From positions 13,034 to 77,033 of the forward strand of contig JAVRCV020000056.1 of the NCBI GenBank assembly GCA_034530615.2: DNA of 64,000 nucleotides, written 5' to 3'. The notes beneath the pieces are model-generated. The model ran no database searches. It was not told where the DNA came from and saw only the letters and a program-made list of their open reading frames with translations. Shown piece by piece: positions 29,554 to 39,574 of this stretch. A program made the translations under genes and the position numbers. Every line of letters begins with the position of its first letter. The first letter of the stretch is position 1. The DNA is from Aulosira sp. ZfuVER01 (GTDB taxonomy: Bacteria; Cyanobacteriota; Cyanobacteriia; Cyanobacteriales; Nostocaceae).

Positions 29554-29613
29554 CAACACTTACAACCACACCTTGTTATGATATGATTTTGGGACTGATT
29601 TAAATAAATTCCC

Positions 29614-31020
29614 ATGAGAGTTTACGGTTACGCCCGCGTTAGCACGCAAGAACAAGCTGAGGAGTTTGACGCACTAAATCAGCAAATAGCTAGATTAAAG
29701 GCGGCGGGTGCAACGGAAGTATTAATAGATATTGAGTCGGGACGCAACGATGGGAGAAAACAGTATAACGAGTTGCTCAAGTTGACGCAACAAAACCAAG
29801 TTGACGAAATTATCATAACTCGCGTCGATCGCTTAGGTAGGAGTGTGATAGCTATCCATAAGGCGATCGATATTTTCGTGAAGCATAATGTTAATCTGCG
29901 AATATTGGATGCACCTGTCGATCCTAATTCCCCTTTCGGCTGGTTTAGTATTAATCAAATGTCTGGGTTGGCAGAATTTGAATCAAGGTTATTATCTCAG
30001 AGGATTAAGCATGGAAATAATTATTTTCGACAGCAACTAAAGTTTTGCAGTCCGCCATTTGGATATGCTAAAGACGAAAATCAGCGGTTAATTCCTAATA
30101 ACAATATTCACGAAAAATCAGGGAAAACTTACTTTGAACTAGCTAAGATTATTATTGATTTAACACTCTCGATGCGATCGCTTAAGGATGTCTGCAATCA
30201 TATTTACACTGAATACGAAGTAGTTTTTAGTGTTGCAGGCTTGCGAGATTGGGTGAAAAACCCGGCACTGCAAGGACATACAGCTTATTTCGTCAAAAAG
30301 AAGAAAGGCGTTAATCGCGAACCAATCATAAATTTCAACACCCACGAAGCCTTAATTACCGCAGACACAGTAGACGCAATCCAACGTAAGTTGTTAGCAA
30401 ATAAGAAGTATCGCAGTTCCGCACAATCAACTCGTGGCGACTATCCCCTCGCAGGCTTAATTAAATGTGCCTATTGTGGGGGAGGTATGTATCGTAACTT
30501 TTCCCGCCACAAAACTAGAACCGAGTACATACGCTGCGTTAATTACAACAAACCGGGAAAGTATCACTGCGAAAATTCCAAATGTACCCGACTGCGGGAA
30601 ATTATCGCCCAGACGATCGCGGCTTTATGTGCAAATGCGCCGAATTTAATTGAGTATCTAGAAACTCAGTCAACCACAATGCAGGCGATTAATACCAAAG
30701 AAATCGAAAACTTAACCAATGAATTGTCCGTTATGCGGGGGCTACGCAGCTCCAACCCCGATATCATTGAAGCGATCGCCAAAATCGAGGCGACAATTAA
30801 CACCCTATCAAGTCCCACTAGAATTGTTGATAGGGATGCTTTTGAGAATGCTAAGAGGAAAATAGCGATCGCATCTCAGGCTACATTCTGGGAATCTTTG
30901 GATGATTCGGAATTGCGATCGGCGTTGGCTGAGTTTGTCGAGAAGGTTGAGGTGGATTCGTCGGGGGATATAACTCCTGCTTTTAAATTGCCATTAACCC
31001 TATCTTCAATGCGTCCGTAG
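29614..31020 (+). CDS. Large serine recombinase (XisF-like) of the nifE-interrupting element
   Basis: YARVST, TRVDRLGR, PPFGY, Zn ribbon CAYC..C..C. Confidence 0.92.
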   Translation: MRVYGYARVSTQEQAEEFDALNQQIARLKAAGATEVLIDIESGRNDGRKQYNELLKLTQQNQVDEIIITRVDRLGRSVIAIHKAIDIFVKHNVNLRILDAPVDPNSPFGWFSINQMSGLAEFESRLLSQRIKHGNNYFRQQLKFCSPPFGYAKDENQRLIPNNNIHEKSGKTYFELAKIIIDLTLSMRSLKDVCNHIYTEYEVVFSVAGLRDWVKNPALQGHTAYFVKKKKGVNREPIINFNTHEALITADTVDAIQRKLLANKKYRSSAQSTRGDYPLAGLIKCAYCGGGMYRNFSRHKTRTEYIRCVNYNKPGKYHCENSKCTRLREIIAQTIAALCANAPNLIEYLETQSTTMQAINTKEIENLTNELSVMRGLRSSNPDIIEAIAKIEATINTLSSPTRIVDRDAFENAKRKIAIASQATFWESLDDSELRSALAEFVEKVEVDSSGDITPAFKLPLTLSSMRP

Positions 31021-31142
31021 GTTTTGATGAACTCTTCGGGAGACATATCCCCAACCTTCAAGTCTCCGTAGTATTTTTCATAAGCTTCCAGCAACTTGTC
31101 ACTGAGCATTTTTAGTACTTTTTGGGAATGTGTGGAAGTCAT
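30876..31142 (-). CDS. Small hypothetical protein overlapping the recombinase 3' end
   Basis: 88-aa ORF with ATG start; N-terminal half outside the overlap looks protein-like. Confidence 0.45.
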   Translation of the reverse strand: MTSTHSQKVLKMLSDKLLEAYEKYYGDLKVGDMSPEEFIKTYGRIEDRVNGNLKAGVISPDESTSTFSTNSANADRNSESSKDSQNVA

Positions 31143-31860
31143 AAAACATTCTGTAGCGATGTTTTTAGATTATTTGTTGGCTGGAATTTTTCTGTTAGCA
31201 GTGAACGACTTGAAAATGCCAACATTGATGAAGCAACATCCTGAAAGCTCAAATTTTCACATTAGGTAGTAATGTTGACATTGTTTGTTGAGTCAAATTA
31301 CTAACCTCTTTGAGTTATTTTTTAATTTAAGAATGAATTACTTTTTATAGTGCGATCGCAATAGTTTTACTTACATCCACAAAGACTTTGCGTAAGCACA
31401 ATTATTATTTGAGAGAATTCCCAGCTTAAGCATATCTCAAATTTTTATTCAGGGCTTTGAGTGAATTGTCAAAAGTAGCCAGGATGTTGCCGAAGCCGGA
31501 GCATCAGGAATGGCTGACGCAGATATCAGTACGGCATCGGTGGTCTTGAGCGATCGCAACTATATCAAAATCAACACAATAGAGCGTATTAGATCGGTCG
31601 TTAATCAGGTAACAACATCAATGAGTAAGGGAAAAAGGGGAAAGGCTTGAATTCATTTCCCCCTTAAACTTTTTTCAAAGCATAACAAACAGAGATGAAA
31701 ATTGCTGCTTTGAACCTTGATTTGTAGGTATTTTAGGCTAACAATAGCTGTCGATTTTCTTAAAAAAAAGTCTTAATATAGCAATCCTTGTAAGAGTTAC
31801 AAACATCTCTCTTTCTTGTCACCTTCGTTCCTATATCAAATAGGATTGCTATATTGAAAA

Positions 31861-32655
31861 TTAAGGCAGAATAAAGCCGTATTTTTGGAGTACTGCTTTA
31901 GCTTGACTGCTAGAGAGAAATTTGGCAAAATCCTTGGCAGCATCAGCATTTTTGCTACTTTTAAGGACTGCAAGTGGATAAACAATCGCAGAATGATATT
32001 TTTCGTCAGCCGCCACTACAACTTTTACCTTATCGGAAATTTTGGCATCAGTGATATAAACTAAACCTGCATCAGCGTTGCCACTTTCTACAGATGCTAG
32101 TACTTGACGTACATTGTTAGCGTAAACCAATTTTGACTTGACCTGTGGCAAAAGTTTGAGCTTCTGAAGTACTTGCTCACCATATTGTCCTGCGGGTACA
32201 CTTCTAGGTTCACCAATGGCAATTTTCTTAATTTTGGCGTCTTTGAGGTTGTAGAAGCTGGTGATGCCCACAACATTTTTAGGTACTATCAAAACCAGAC
32301 GGTTCTTAGCCAAGATAGAACGTGTTCCAGATAGTAAGAGTCCTTTTTCTTCTAGAGCATCCACTTGCTTTTTAGCAGCCGAAATAAAGATATCTGCGGG
32401 CGCACCCTGCTCAATCTGTTGCTGCAATGCACCAGAAGCCCCAAAATTATAATTAATGTTGGTCTTTGGTTGAGTTTGTTGGTAAAGAGGCTTAAGCTCT
32501 TCCAGCGCATCTTTCAAACTGGCGGCGGCTGACACAAGAAGCTTGGCCTGTGACTGTGCTAATACAGGTGAGGGAGCAACTGCTGGTAAACAAGTGGTTA
32601 CTAGCACACTAGCAACTGCTGTACTAATTAAGGTAAGAATTCGTCTTCTGTTCAT
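31861..32655 (-). CDS. modA: Molybdate ABC transporter substrate-binding protein
   Basis: SAAASL, FGASGAL, GAPADIFISA, SVPAGQY, NVRQVL, ADAGLVY. Confidence 0.93.
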   Translation of the reverse strand: MNRRRILTLISTAVASVLVTTCLPAVAPSPVLAQSQAKLLVSAAASLKDALEELKPLYQQTQPKTNINYNFGASGALQQQIEQGAPADIFISAAKKQVDALEEKGLLLSGTRSILAKNRLVLIVPKNVVGITSFYNLKDAKIKKIAIGEPRSVPAGQYGEQVLQKLKLLPQVKSKLVYANNVRQVLASVESGNADAGLVYITDAKISDKVKVVVAADEKYHSAIVYPLAVLKSSKNADAAKDFAKFLSSSQAKAVLQKYGFILP

Positions 32656-32729
32656 AGAAAAAACTACAAGCCAAAGATTTGTTTATAAAATTGACACTTG
32701 GTAAAATCGTACAAGATAACCAAAATATT

Positions 32730-33046
32730 ACCAACTTAATTGGTGATGCTATTTAAGATATTACACAGTCTTAATCAGTACTCCTCAGCATCACTATAAT
32801 TACCAACTCCACCGTTTCACTATTACTCTGCACTCCTGAATAAGCTTAGTTTTTAGCATTTGTTTTGGTATTGTAAATGCTTGGTGTTTGCAAATTGGTA
32901 ACTAGTGCTACATTTTTTCCAACTTAATTGGTATAAGTTGTATACCAACTAAATTGGTTTAGATAGACAACCGTAATACTGCGAGAAACGTAGTGTGATG
33001 GTTGCAATAGCTGTAATTCTTGTTACTTTATACCAACTATGTTGGT
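32730..33046. promoter_or_regulatory. Four palindromic ACCAA-N5-TTGGT operators in the modA/porin divergent promoter
   Basis: 32730 ACCAACTTAATTGGT; 32918 TCCAACTTAATTGGT; 32944 ACCAACTAAATTGGT; 33032 ACCAACTATGTTGGT. Confidence 0.75.
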
Positions 33047-33062
33047 CAAATATATTTGAGGT

Positions 33063-34901
33063 GTGAGGGTAATGTCCACTTTTGTACGGTCTTCGTTGTT
33101 ACTACTGCTAGCTAGTATGATGACAGCTAAAGCTGCATCAGCAACTCCAGCGGGAGGAGATACCAAGCAATTACAAGCTGATAGCCAACTAAATAATTCA
33201 CAGACAGAACTATCCCAACAGAGTCAGCAGGTTCCAGATGACAACGCACAACCAAGCTCTTTGATGGATCAGGTAACATCAGTATCGCAACTCTCTGATG
33301 TGCAACCGACAGATTGGGCCTTTCAAGCTTTACAGTCTTTAGTTGAGCGCTATGGTTGTATTGCTGGATATCCAGACAGCAGCTTTCGAGGTAATCGCGC
33401 AATGACTCGCTATGAGTTTGCAGCAGGTTTGAATGCTTGTTTGAATAGAGTCAACGAACTGATTGCGACTGGTACAGCCGACTTAGTAAGCAAGCAAGAC
33501 TTGGAAACTCTGCAAAAATTGCAACAAGAGTTTGCTGATGGATTAGTAGAACTGCGGGGAAGGTTGGATGGTTTAGAAGGTCGTACTGATACCTTAGAAA
33601 GTCAACAATTTTCCACTACTACCAAGTTGAATGGAGAGGTAATTTTCAGTGTTGGTGGTGTATTTGGTGAAGATAGAGCATTAAACTCAGATGTTTGGAA
33701 CGAAATTAATGCTAGGCCCGCAGGCGCAACCAGGGAGGCTTTCACAAACAATCAGTATGCAGCATCAGGAGGACGAAGGTTACAAGATAGAGCAGTTTTT
33801 AGCGATCGCATCCGACTCAATTTAATTACTAGCTTTACTGGTAAAGACCAATTATTTACTCGTTTAGAAGCCAATAACACCATTGCCTTTAGTGGTGCTG
33901 TCACAGGTACAAACATGACTCGCACATCCTGGGACACCACTAATAATGCTGACAACAGTGTTCAGTTAGGTAAGTTATTTTATCGCTTTCCTGTAGGCGA
34001 TCGCCTCAACGTGATTGTGGATGCCATTGGTGGAGAATTTTACGACAACTTCAATACATTGAACCCCTTGTTGTCTTCAACTCCTGTTGGTTCTTTGTCT
34101 CGCTTCGGTCGCTTTTCTCCGATTTATCGCGCAAGTAACACTGGTTCTGGTAGCAATATAGGTTCAGGTGTAAGTGCGATTTTCAAGTTGAGTGACACAA
34201 TCACTTTATCAGGTGGTTATCTGGCTCGCAGAGCTAACGATCCGATTTCTGGAAAGGGCTTATTTGACGGTAGTTATGGCGCATTAGCCCAATTGGCATT
34301 TCAGCCAAACAAAAACTTTAACCTTGGTTTGACTTATGCTCACTCCTACCTCAGAGGTGCGAACAATGATGGTGATGTCGTAGTTTCCGGAGCCTATGGG
34401 AGTGCATTTGCGAACAATCCCTTTAACTCTACTGCGACTACTCCGGTTAACACTACCGCCAATCACTACGGCTTAGAAGCTAACTATCGTTTTAGCCCAC
34501 AATTTACCCTTGCAGGTTGGGTTGGATATACTCAGGCGATCGCAGAAAATAGTTCTGGTGCTAATGTTAATCGTGGCGATAAAGCAGATATTTGGAATTG
34601 GGCAGTTACTTTCGCCTTTCCCGACCTAGGTAAAAAGGGTAATTTAGGGGGTATCATCTTTGGACAACCGCCGAAGGTAACTGGTAACGACTTTGGAACG
34701 AATACTGTTACTGCAACAAATCTTGTACCTGACAGACGTATAGACACTGATACCTCTTTCCATTTAGAGGCTTTATATCGTTATCAAGTTAATAGCAATC
34801 TTTCAATTACGCCAGGATTGATTGTGATATTTAATCCAGAGCATAACAGCGATAACGACACCATCTATACAGGTGTTCTTCGCACTACATTCCGCTTCTA
34901 A
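33063..34901 (+). CDS. Cyanobacterial SLH-domain outer-membrane porin (OprB-like)
   Basis: QVTSVSQLSDVQPTDWAFQALQSLVERYGC, QFSTTTKL, terminal LRTTFRF. Confidence 0.95.
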   Translation: MRVMSTFVRSSLLLLLASMMTAKAASATPAGGDTKQLQADSQLNNSQTELSQQSQQVPDDNAQPSSLMDQVTSVSQLSDVQPTDWAFQALQSLVERYGCIAGYPDSSFRGNRAMTRYEFAAGLNACLNRVNELIATGTADLVSKQDLETLQKLQQEFADGLVELRGRLDGLEGRTDTLESQQFSTTTKLNGEVIFSVGGVFGEDRALNSDVWNEINARPAGATREAFTNNQYAASGGRRLQDRAVFSDRIRLNLITSFTGKDQLFTRLEANNTIAFSGAVTGTNMTRTSWDTTNNADNSVQLGKLFYRFPVGDRLNVIVDAIGGEFYDNFNTLNPLLSSTPVGSLSRFGRFSPIYRASNTGSGSNIGSGVSAIFKLSDTITLSGGYLARRANDPISGKGLFDGSYGALAQLAFQPNKNFNLGLTYAHSYLRGANNDGDVVVSGAYGSAFANNPFNSTATTPVNTTANHYGLEANYRFSPQFTLAGWVGYTQAIAENSSGANVNRGDKADIWNWAVTFAFPDLGKKGNLGGIIFGQPPKVTGNDFGTNTVTATNLVPDRRIDTDTSFHLEALYRYQVNSNLSITPGLIVIFNPEHNSDNDTIYTGVLRTTFRF

Positions 34902-34964
34902 TTCAACCCCAATTCGAGTAGTGCGAATTTTTTCAATATTCAATAGTAAACGGAGAAATGTTTT

Positions 34965-35642
34965 ATGCGTTTTAGCCGCAAGATACCTATTGCATCTTTA
35001 ATACTATCGATACTGGTTTTATGGCAGCCTACTTTAGCTGACTCCAGGGCTGATGTTCCTTGGAATCGAGAAGAAACACCATCTATTTGGTGGAATAAAA
35101 ATAAGTGTACTGGAGGCTTTTCGCAAAGTTTTCGCTTGGGTGGAGAACTCAATAATCCAACCACCTATAACTTGCAAAACCTGAGAAATTTGCGAGATGC
35201 TTTAAAAAACCAAAATCCCGCAATAGTTACGGAAATCACTGTTAGCTTTCAAACAGGCTCAGGCCCACGCACAGAAACATACTATGGAGTTCCCCTCTGG
35301 GAGTTGATTAATAATCCACAAGCCGCAGGTGGTCTAAAACCTGGGAATTCTGGGGTGAATTCTAAAAACTCTTTTCTGAGGCAATATGTTCTAGTTGAAG
35401 CCACAGATTGTTATGGTGCAGTTGTAGCTATTGGTGAAATTCAACCGAACTTTGAAGGAAAAACAGTGCTAGTTGCATTTGAAAAAAAAGGTAGTGATGG
35501 TAAAGTCACAACTTTAATAGATGAAGGATTTGCTCGCTTAGTAGTTCCTCTTGACAAAGCTGGAGGTCGTTACGTTAGTAATGTGAGAAATATTCTCGTC
35601 TTTTCTGCTCCTCCATCTCCTTTGAAACCAAAAGATTTCTGA
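34965..35642 (+). CDS. Secreted protein resembling a molybdopterin-dependent oxidoreductase catalytic fold
   Basis: Signal peptide; YYGVPLWEL, VEATDCY, ARLVVP.DK.GGRYVSNV. Confidence 0.7.
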   Translation: MRFSRKIPIASLILSILVLWQPTLADSRADVPWNREETPSIWWNKNKCTGGFSQSFRLGGELNNPTTYNLQNLRNLRDALKNQNPAIVTEITVSFQTGSGPRTETYYGVPLWELINNPQAAGGLKPGNSGVNSKNSFLRQYVLVEATDCYGAVVAIGEIQPNFEGKTVLVAFEKKGSDGKVTTLIDEGFARLVVPLDKAGGRYVSNVRNILVFSAPPSPLKPKDF

Positions 35643-35738
35643 TAACTTTTTCTACCTTTGTGATTAAAGACGCTGCACGAACGGAGAGTTATTTCCGTTA
35701 TCGGGGTAATAGTAAGTTAAAAAAAATGTGACAGATGG

Positions 35739-35768
35739 GTAAGGGCACAACAATGTTGTGCCCTTACG
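35739..35768. repeat. Palindromic dispersed repeat
   Basis: GTAAGGGCACAACAATGTTGTGCCCTTAC. Confidence 0.65.
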
Positions 35769-36052
35769 AATAATTTATCTTTTGCAAACATTATTTGAAT
35801 TAGGATAACTTCTTATCTGCGTAATCAGCTACTGTGTTTTCATCATCTTGGTTGCAATATGTAATTCTCAAGTACTATTTACCTGACGCCAGTTTAATTA
35901 CTATTACTTATAGCTGTAAGCATTTTCACTTGAAAAATCTGACATATTCAGATAGAATCTTCATATAATCAAGTAGTTCTATCAATTTAACTTAGTATTT
36001 TAAATATTTATGAATAAATTGCCAAAGTTGTATAACTATTGCCTTGTCCAAT

Positions 36053-36856
36053 ATGAAACAAATTAAATTTGTAAATAATGCTGGAAAAATAACTGCACTT
36101 TTATTTTTAATCACAATTTTACTGACACCTTTTGTGGTTGTAAATGCTGGAGAACGCGGAGTTTTAATGCAGTTTGGCAAGGTTCAGGAAACAGTATTGG
36201 GCGAAGGAATACATATTATAATTCCCATTGTCAATACAGTTAAAAAAATCAGTGTCAGAGTTCAAAAACAAGAAATCTCTGCTGAAGCTTCTTCTAAGGA
36301 TTTGCAAGATGTTTTTACAGATGTAGCATTAAACTGGCACGCTATTCCGGAAGAAACTAATATAATGTTTCAAGAAATAGGTGATGAAAAAGCTTTAGTT
36401 GATAAAATTATCAATCCTGCGGTAGAAGAAGTTTTAAAAGCTATTATAGCAAGGTATACAGCAGAAGAAGTAGTTACTAAACGAGGAGAAGTAAAATCTG
36501 GTGTTGATGATACTTTAAAAGCGAGATTGCATGACTACCATATTGCGGTTGATGATATTTCTCTGGTTCATGTCAATTTTTCGGATAAGTTTAGTGAAGC
36601 AGTTGAGGCAAAACAAATTGCAGAACAAGATGCCAAACGAGCAGATTTTATAGCACTAAAAGCAGCAAAACAAGCAGAAGCTAAGGTTAATTTAGCTAGG
36701 GGAGAAGCAGAAATAAACAGATTACTACGTGATAGTTTGACTAATGAGATTTTAGAAAGGCAAGCAATAGAAAAATGGGATGGTAAATTACCTTTGATTA
36801 TGTCTAAAGATGCTCCTAAGCTTTTAAATATGAATGAAATTTTAAAATTAAAGTAA
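36053..36856 (+). CDS. Prohibitin/SPFH family protein
   Basis: VNAGERGV, SKDLQDV, AVEAKQIAEQ, IEKWDGKLP. Confidence 0.9.
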   Translation: MKQIKFVNNAGKITALLFLITILLTPFVVVNAGERGVLMQFGKVQETVLGEGIHIIIPIVNTVKKISVRVQKQEISAEASSKDLQDVFTDVALNWHAIPEETNIMFQEIGDEKALVDKIINPAVEEVLKAIIARYTAEEVVTKRGEVKSGVDDTLKARLHDYHIAVDDISLVHVNFSDKFSEAVEAKQIAEQDAKRADFIALKAAKQAEAKVNLARGEAEINRLLRDSLTNEILERQAIEKWDGKLPLIMSKDAPKLLNMNEILKLK

Positions 36857-36981
36857 TTTGGCTATAGCAAGCCTATTTCAGTTGTGAAAAACAATCAGTG
36901 TTGACAGTCTGTATTCGATATTCCACAAATTATTTATAAAATTTATATAAAATAACCCAGTATGGTGAACTGGGTTTTTCA

Positions 36982-37410
36982 TTAACTACCAGAGAAGAAA
37001 CTAGGAGTATCGAGAATTTTAAAATGGATTAATGCCATAATCAAAAATGTATAGGCAGTTGAAGAAACTAAACCTGTCAATAGTTCTTTTTTGACATTAC
37101 GTTCTTGAGTTTGTTTTTGTAACATATCAATTGCACCTGCTTGCATCAATAGAATACCAATAATGTTAGATAGCCAGTAACCAATGATGACACCAGGCAT
37201 AAGTAATTTAGGTGCAAAAAGACTACAAATATAACCGAAAAAATAAGCAATTGGTAAATTGAATACTAAATCATTCCACCAGCATAATGGTGATAATAAA
37301 TATCCAATCACTAAGAAAAATCCACCTCTGAGCTTCTGGAGTAATGTTTTAGGTAAATTTTCTGGAGTTGGTGATAACAACTCTTGACCACTCTCTTTGA
37401 TTTCATTCAT
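36982..37410 (-). CDS. Hypothetical membrane protein
   Basis: GYLLSPLCWWNDL; several hydrophobic helices. Confidence 0.8.
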   Translation of the reverse strand: MNEIKESGQELLSPTPENLPKTLLQKLRGGFFLVIGYLLSPLCWWNDLVFNLPIAYFFGYICSLFAPKLLMPGVIIGYWLSNIIGILLMQAGAIDMLQKQTQERNVKKELLTGLVSSTAYTFLIMALIHFKILDTPSFFSGS

Positions 37411-37558
37411 ATTTGTACACTATTTCTACCAACTAACCGTACTTTAAAACAAAAATTTCAAAAAGTCTAGAGTCACACAGAAATTTAAATTCCAAAAACC
37501 TGTTAATTGTAAGTAAAGTTTCTGTATTAATAAACTCTGTAATTACAACTGAAAATTT

Positions 37559-38350
37559 TTATTCTTGATTGAGAAATTGCTGTTCTTCAGGGAGTAACTT
37601 CGTTTCACTCACTGGTTTTTCAGTTGTAATATTTGCTGACTGTGATAATGGTCGAATAATGAAACTCACGCCAATTGCCCAAGCGATCGCCACCATCCAA
37701 CCTGCAATAATATCACTGGGAAAATGTACCCCTAGATATAGACGTGTCCAGGCTATGGCAAAGACATACAAACTACCTAAAATCACTGTTAACCAGCACC
37801 AAACGCTACCCCAAGTTAAAACTACCAAAAGAGTAATCAACGTCATACTTGTCATAGCATGACCACTGGGAAAAGAATAATCAAACTCTGGTGCAACTGA
37901 AGTCCACAAATCAGGACGGACTCTGTGCCAGAATTCTTTGGCGGTGCGGTTGATAGCGATATTACCAGCAGCAGTAATCAGTAAATAGGTGAGCGATCGC
38001 CAGCGTCGTTGTCCTAGTAAAAGAAGTGCGATCGCGCTCAGAATGGGTAACACAGTCCAAACAGAACCCAATTTTGTCAATATCAGGGCAAAGACATCTA
38101 ACTGTGGCTGTGCTAGAGAGTGAATAGTCACCAAAATCGGTAAATCCCAAGGGAAACCACCCTCGTTGTAGCGCACCTCTAACGCTAGCAGTCCAAAAAT
38201 TTGTAGTGGTACATATACCCCTATAAACAGCAGCAACAAAGAACGCCAATAGGTAATTAACAATTTTTGCACAAACCCGAGGGGCGATTGCGGCTTTGGC
38301 AAAGATGCGGCTTGTTGATTTTTATCCTTGGCTCTTTCTAACTCTGGCAT
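37559..38350 (-). CDS. PAP2-family phosphatase
   Basis: K..HRVRP, SFPSGHA, TRLYLGVHFPSD. Confidence 0.92.
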   Translation of the reverse strand: MPELERAKDKNQQAASLPKPQSPLGFVQKLLITYWRSLLLLFIGVYVPLQIFGLLALEVRYNEGGFPWDLPILVTIHSLAQPQLDVFALILTKLGSVWTVLPILSAIALLLLGQRRWRSLTYLLITAAGNIAINRTAKEFWHRVRPDLWTSVAPEFDYSFPSGHAMTSMTLITLLVVLTWGSVWCWLTVILGSLYVFAIAWTRLYLGVHFPSDIIAGWMVAIAWAIGVSFIIRPLSQSANITTEKPVSETKLLPEEQQFLNQE

Positions 38351-38701
38351 ACAAACTACGGTATTGCAATTGAATTAAAGTAGTTTTTTGAGATACTATC
38401 ATTTAGTCTACTACTGAAGTACCAATATCTTCCAAAATCCTATTGCTCGCAAAAAAGCTTTTTTTATTAAGTATAAATTACAACTAATTGTTAATCAAAC
38501 TTTACAAAAATAATAGACTTTGGCTATTTTTCGCTTTAAAATACGGTAAGTCGATGAGGTTTTAGTGTTTGATGAATTTATCCCAGGGGTTCTTCAAAAC
38601 TTGCAATTACATGAAAGCTTCTGCACGACAGCGTTACAGCCAATCTTTTAGTTTCAGCTAAACAAAGTCACATTCGCAAAACCCCACTTAAGGACAGGAG
38701 T

Positions 38702-39493
38702 ATGGATTTTTTATTGTTGCCTCTTTTCAGCTTTCTCGTTGGTATTGTCGTTGGTCTGACAGGCATTGGTGGTGCTTCTCTCATCACTCCCATGTTGATT
38801 TTTGTTTTCCAAGTACCACCTGCGGTAGCAGTCAGTTCTGATGTTGTAGCGGCGACGTTAATGAAACTCGTTGGTAGCATCAAACATTGGCAACAACAAA
38901 CCCTCGATACAGAAGTAGTAAAATGGCTGGCTTTGGGGAGCGTTCCTGGTTCTTTGTTGGGAGTAGGAATCTTGCACCTGATTAAATTCAAGGCCGAATA
39001 TAACCTGAATAACATAATGCTGCATTTGTTGGGTGTGGCGATTTTATCAGTCACTCTTTTGGCATTAGTGCAAATGCTGCTATTGACCTTTTTTCCACAA
39101 TTGCAACTACCCGAACTACCCAAATTTGACTTAACCACTCGAGTAGGACGCTTGCAGACGGTAAGTATAGGAGCATTTTTAGGCTGTGTTGTCGGTCTAA
39201 CAAGTGTTGCTTCTGGTTCAATGTTTGCCTTGGTACTGATTGCATTTTTTCGTTTGGATGCGCGGAAGTTAGTGGGTACAGATATTTCCCAAGCTGCAAT
39301 CTTATTATTATTCACTGCTGTTGGCCATCTCACCTTGGGAACAGTTGATTGGAATTTAGTATTACCAATATGGCTTGGTTCAGTACCAGGAGTATTGTTA
39401 GGGGCTAAAGTCTGTCAAATTGTGCCACAAAAACCACTGCGGTTTATGGTTTATTTTATATTGATGATGGTAAGTTTAAAGTTGGTTTATTAG
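38702..39493 (+). CDS. Sulfite exporter TauE/SafE (TSUP) family
   Basis: VGLTGIGGASLITP, VGLTSVASGS, LVGTD. Confidence 0.9.
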   Translation: MDFLLLPLFSFLVGIVVGLTGIGGASLITPMLIFVFQVPPAVAVSSDVVAATLMKLVGSIKHWQQQTLDTEVVKWLALGSVPGSLLGVGILHLIKFKAEYNLNNIMLHLLGVAILSVTLLALVQMLLLTFFPQLQLPELPKFDLTTRVGRLQTVSIGAFLGCVVGLTSVASGSMFALVLIAFFRLDARKLVGTDISQAAILLLFTAVGHLTLGTVDWNLVLPIWLGSVPGVLLGAKVCQIVPQKPLRFMVYFILMMVSLKLVY

Positions 39494-39574
39494 ACAAAAA
39501 TTGTCAAAAAATTTTGGATTGCAAAAATAATGATGAACTAATAAAAAATCAGCAACAAATCAGGATAGTTTGGA

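Noticed and set aside
28990..29586. nifE as a decayed pseudogene
   Set aside because: The fragment is intact and ends sharply beside a recombinase, which fits a programmed interruption better
38668..39333. 221-aa minus-strand ORF
   Set aside because: Antisense shadow of the TSUP gene; the other short ORFs overlapping well-supported genes were dropped for the same reason
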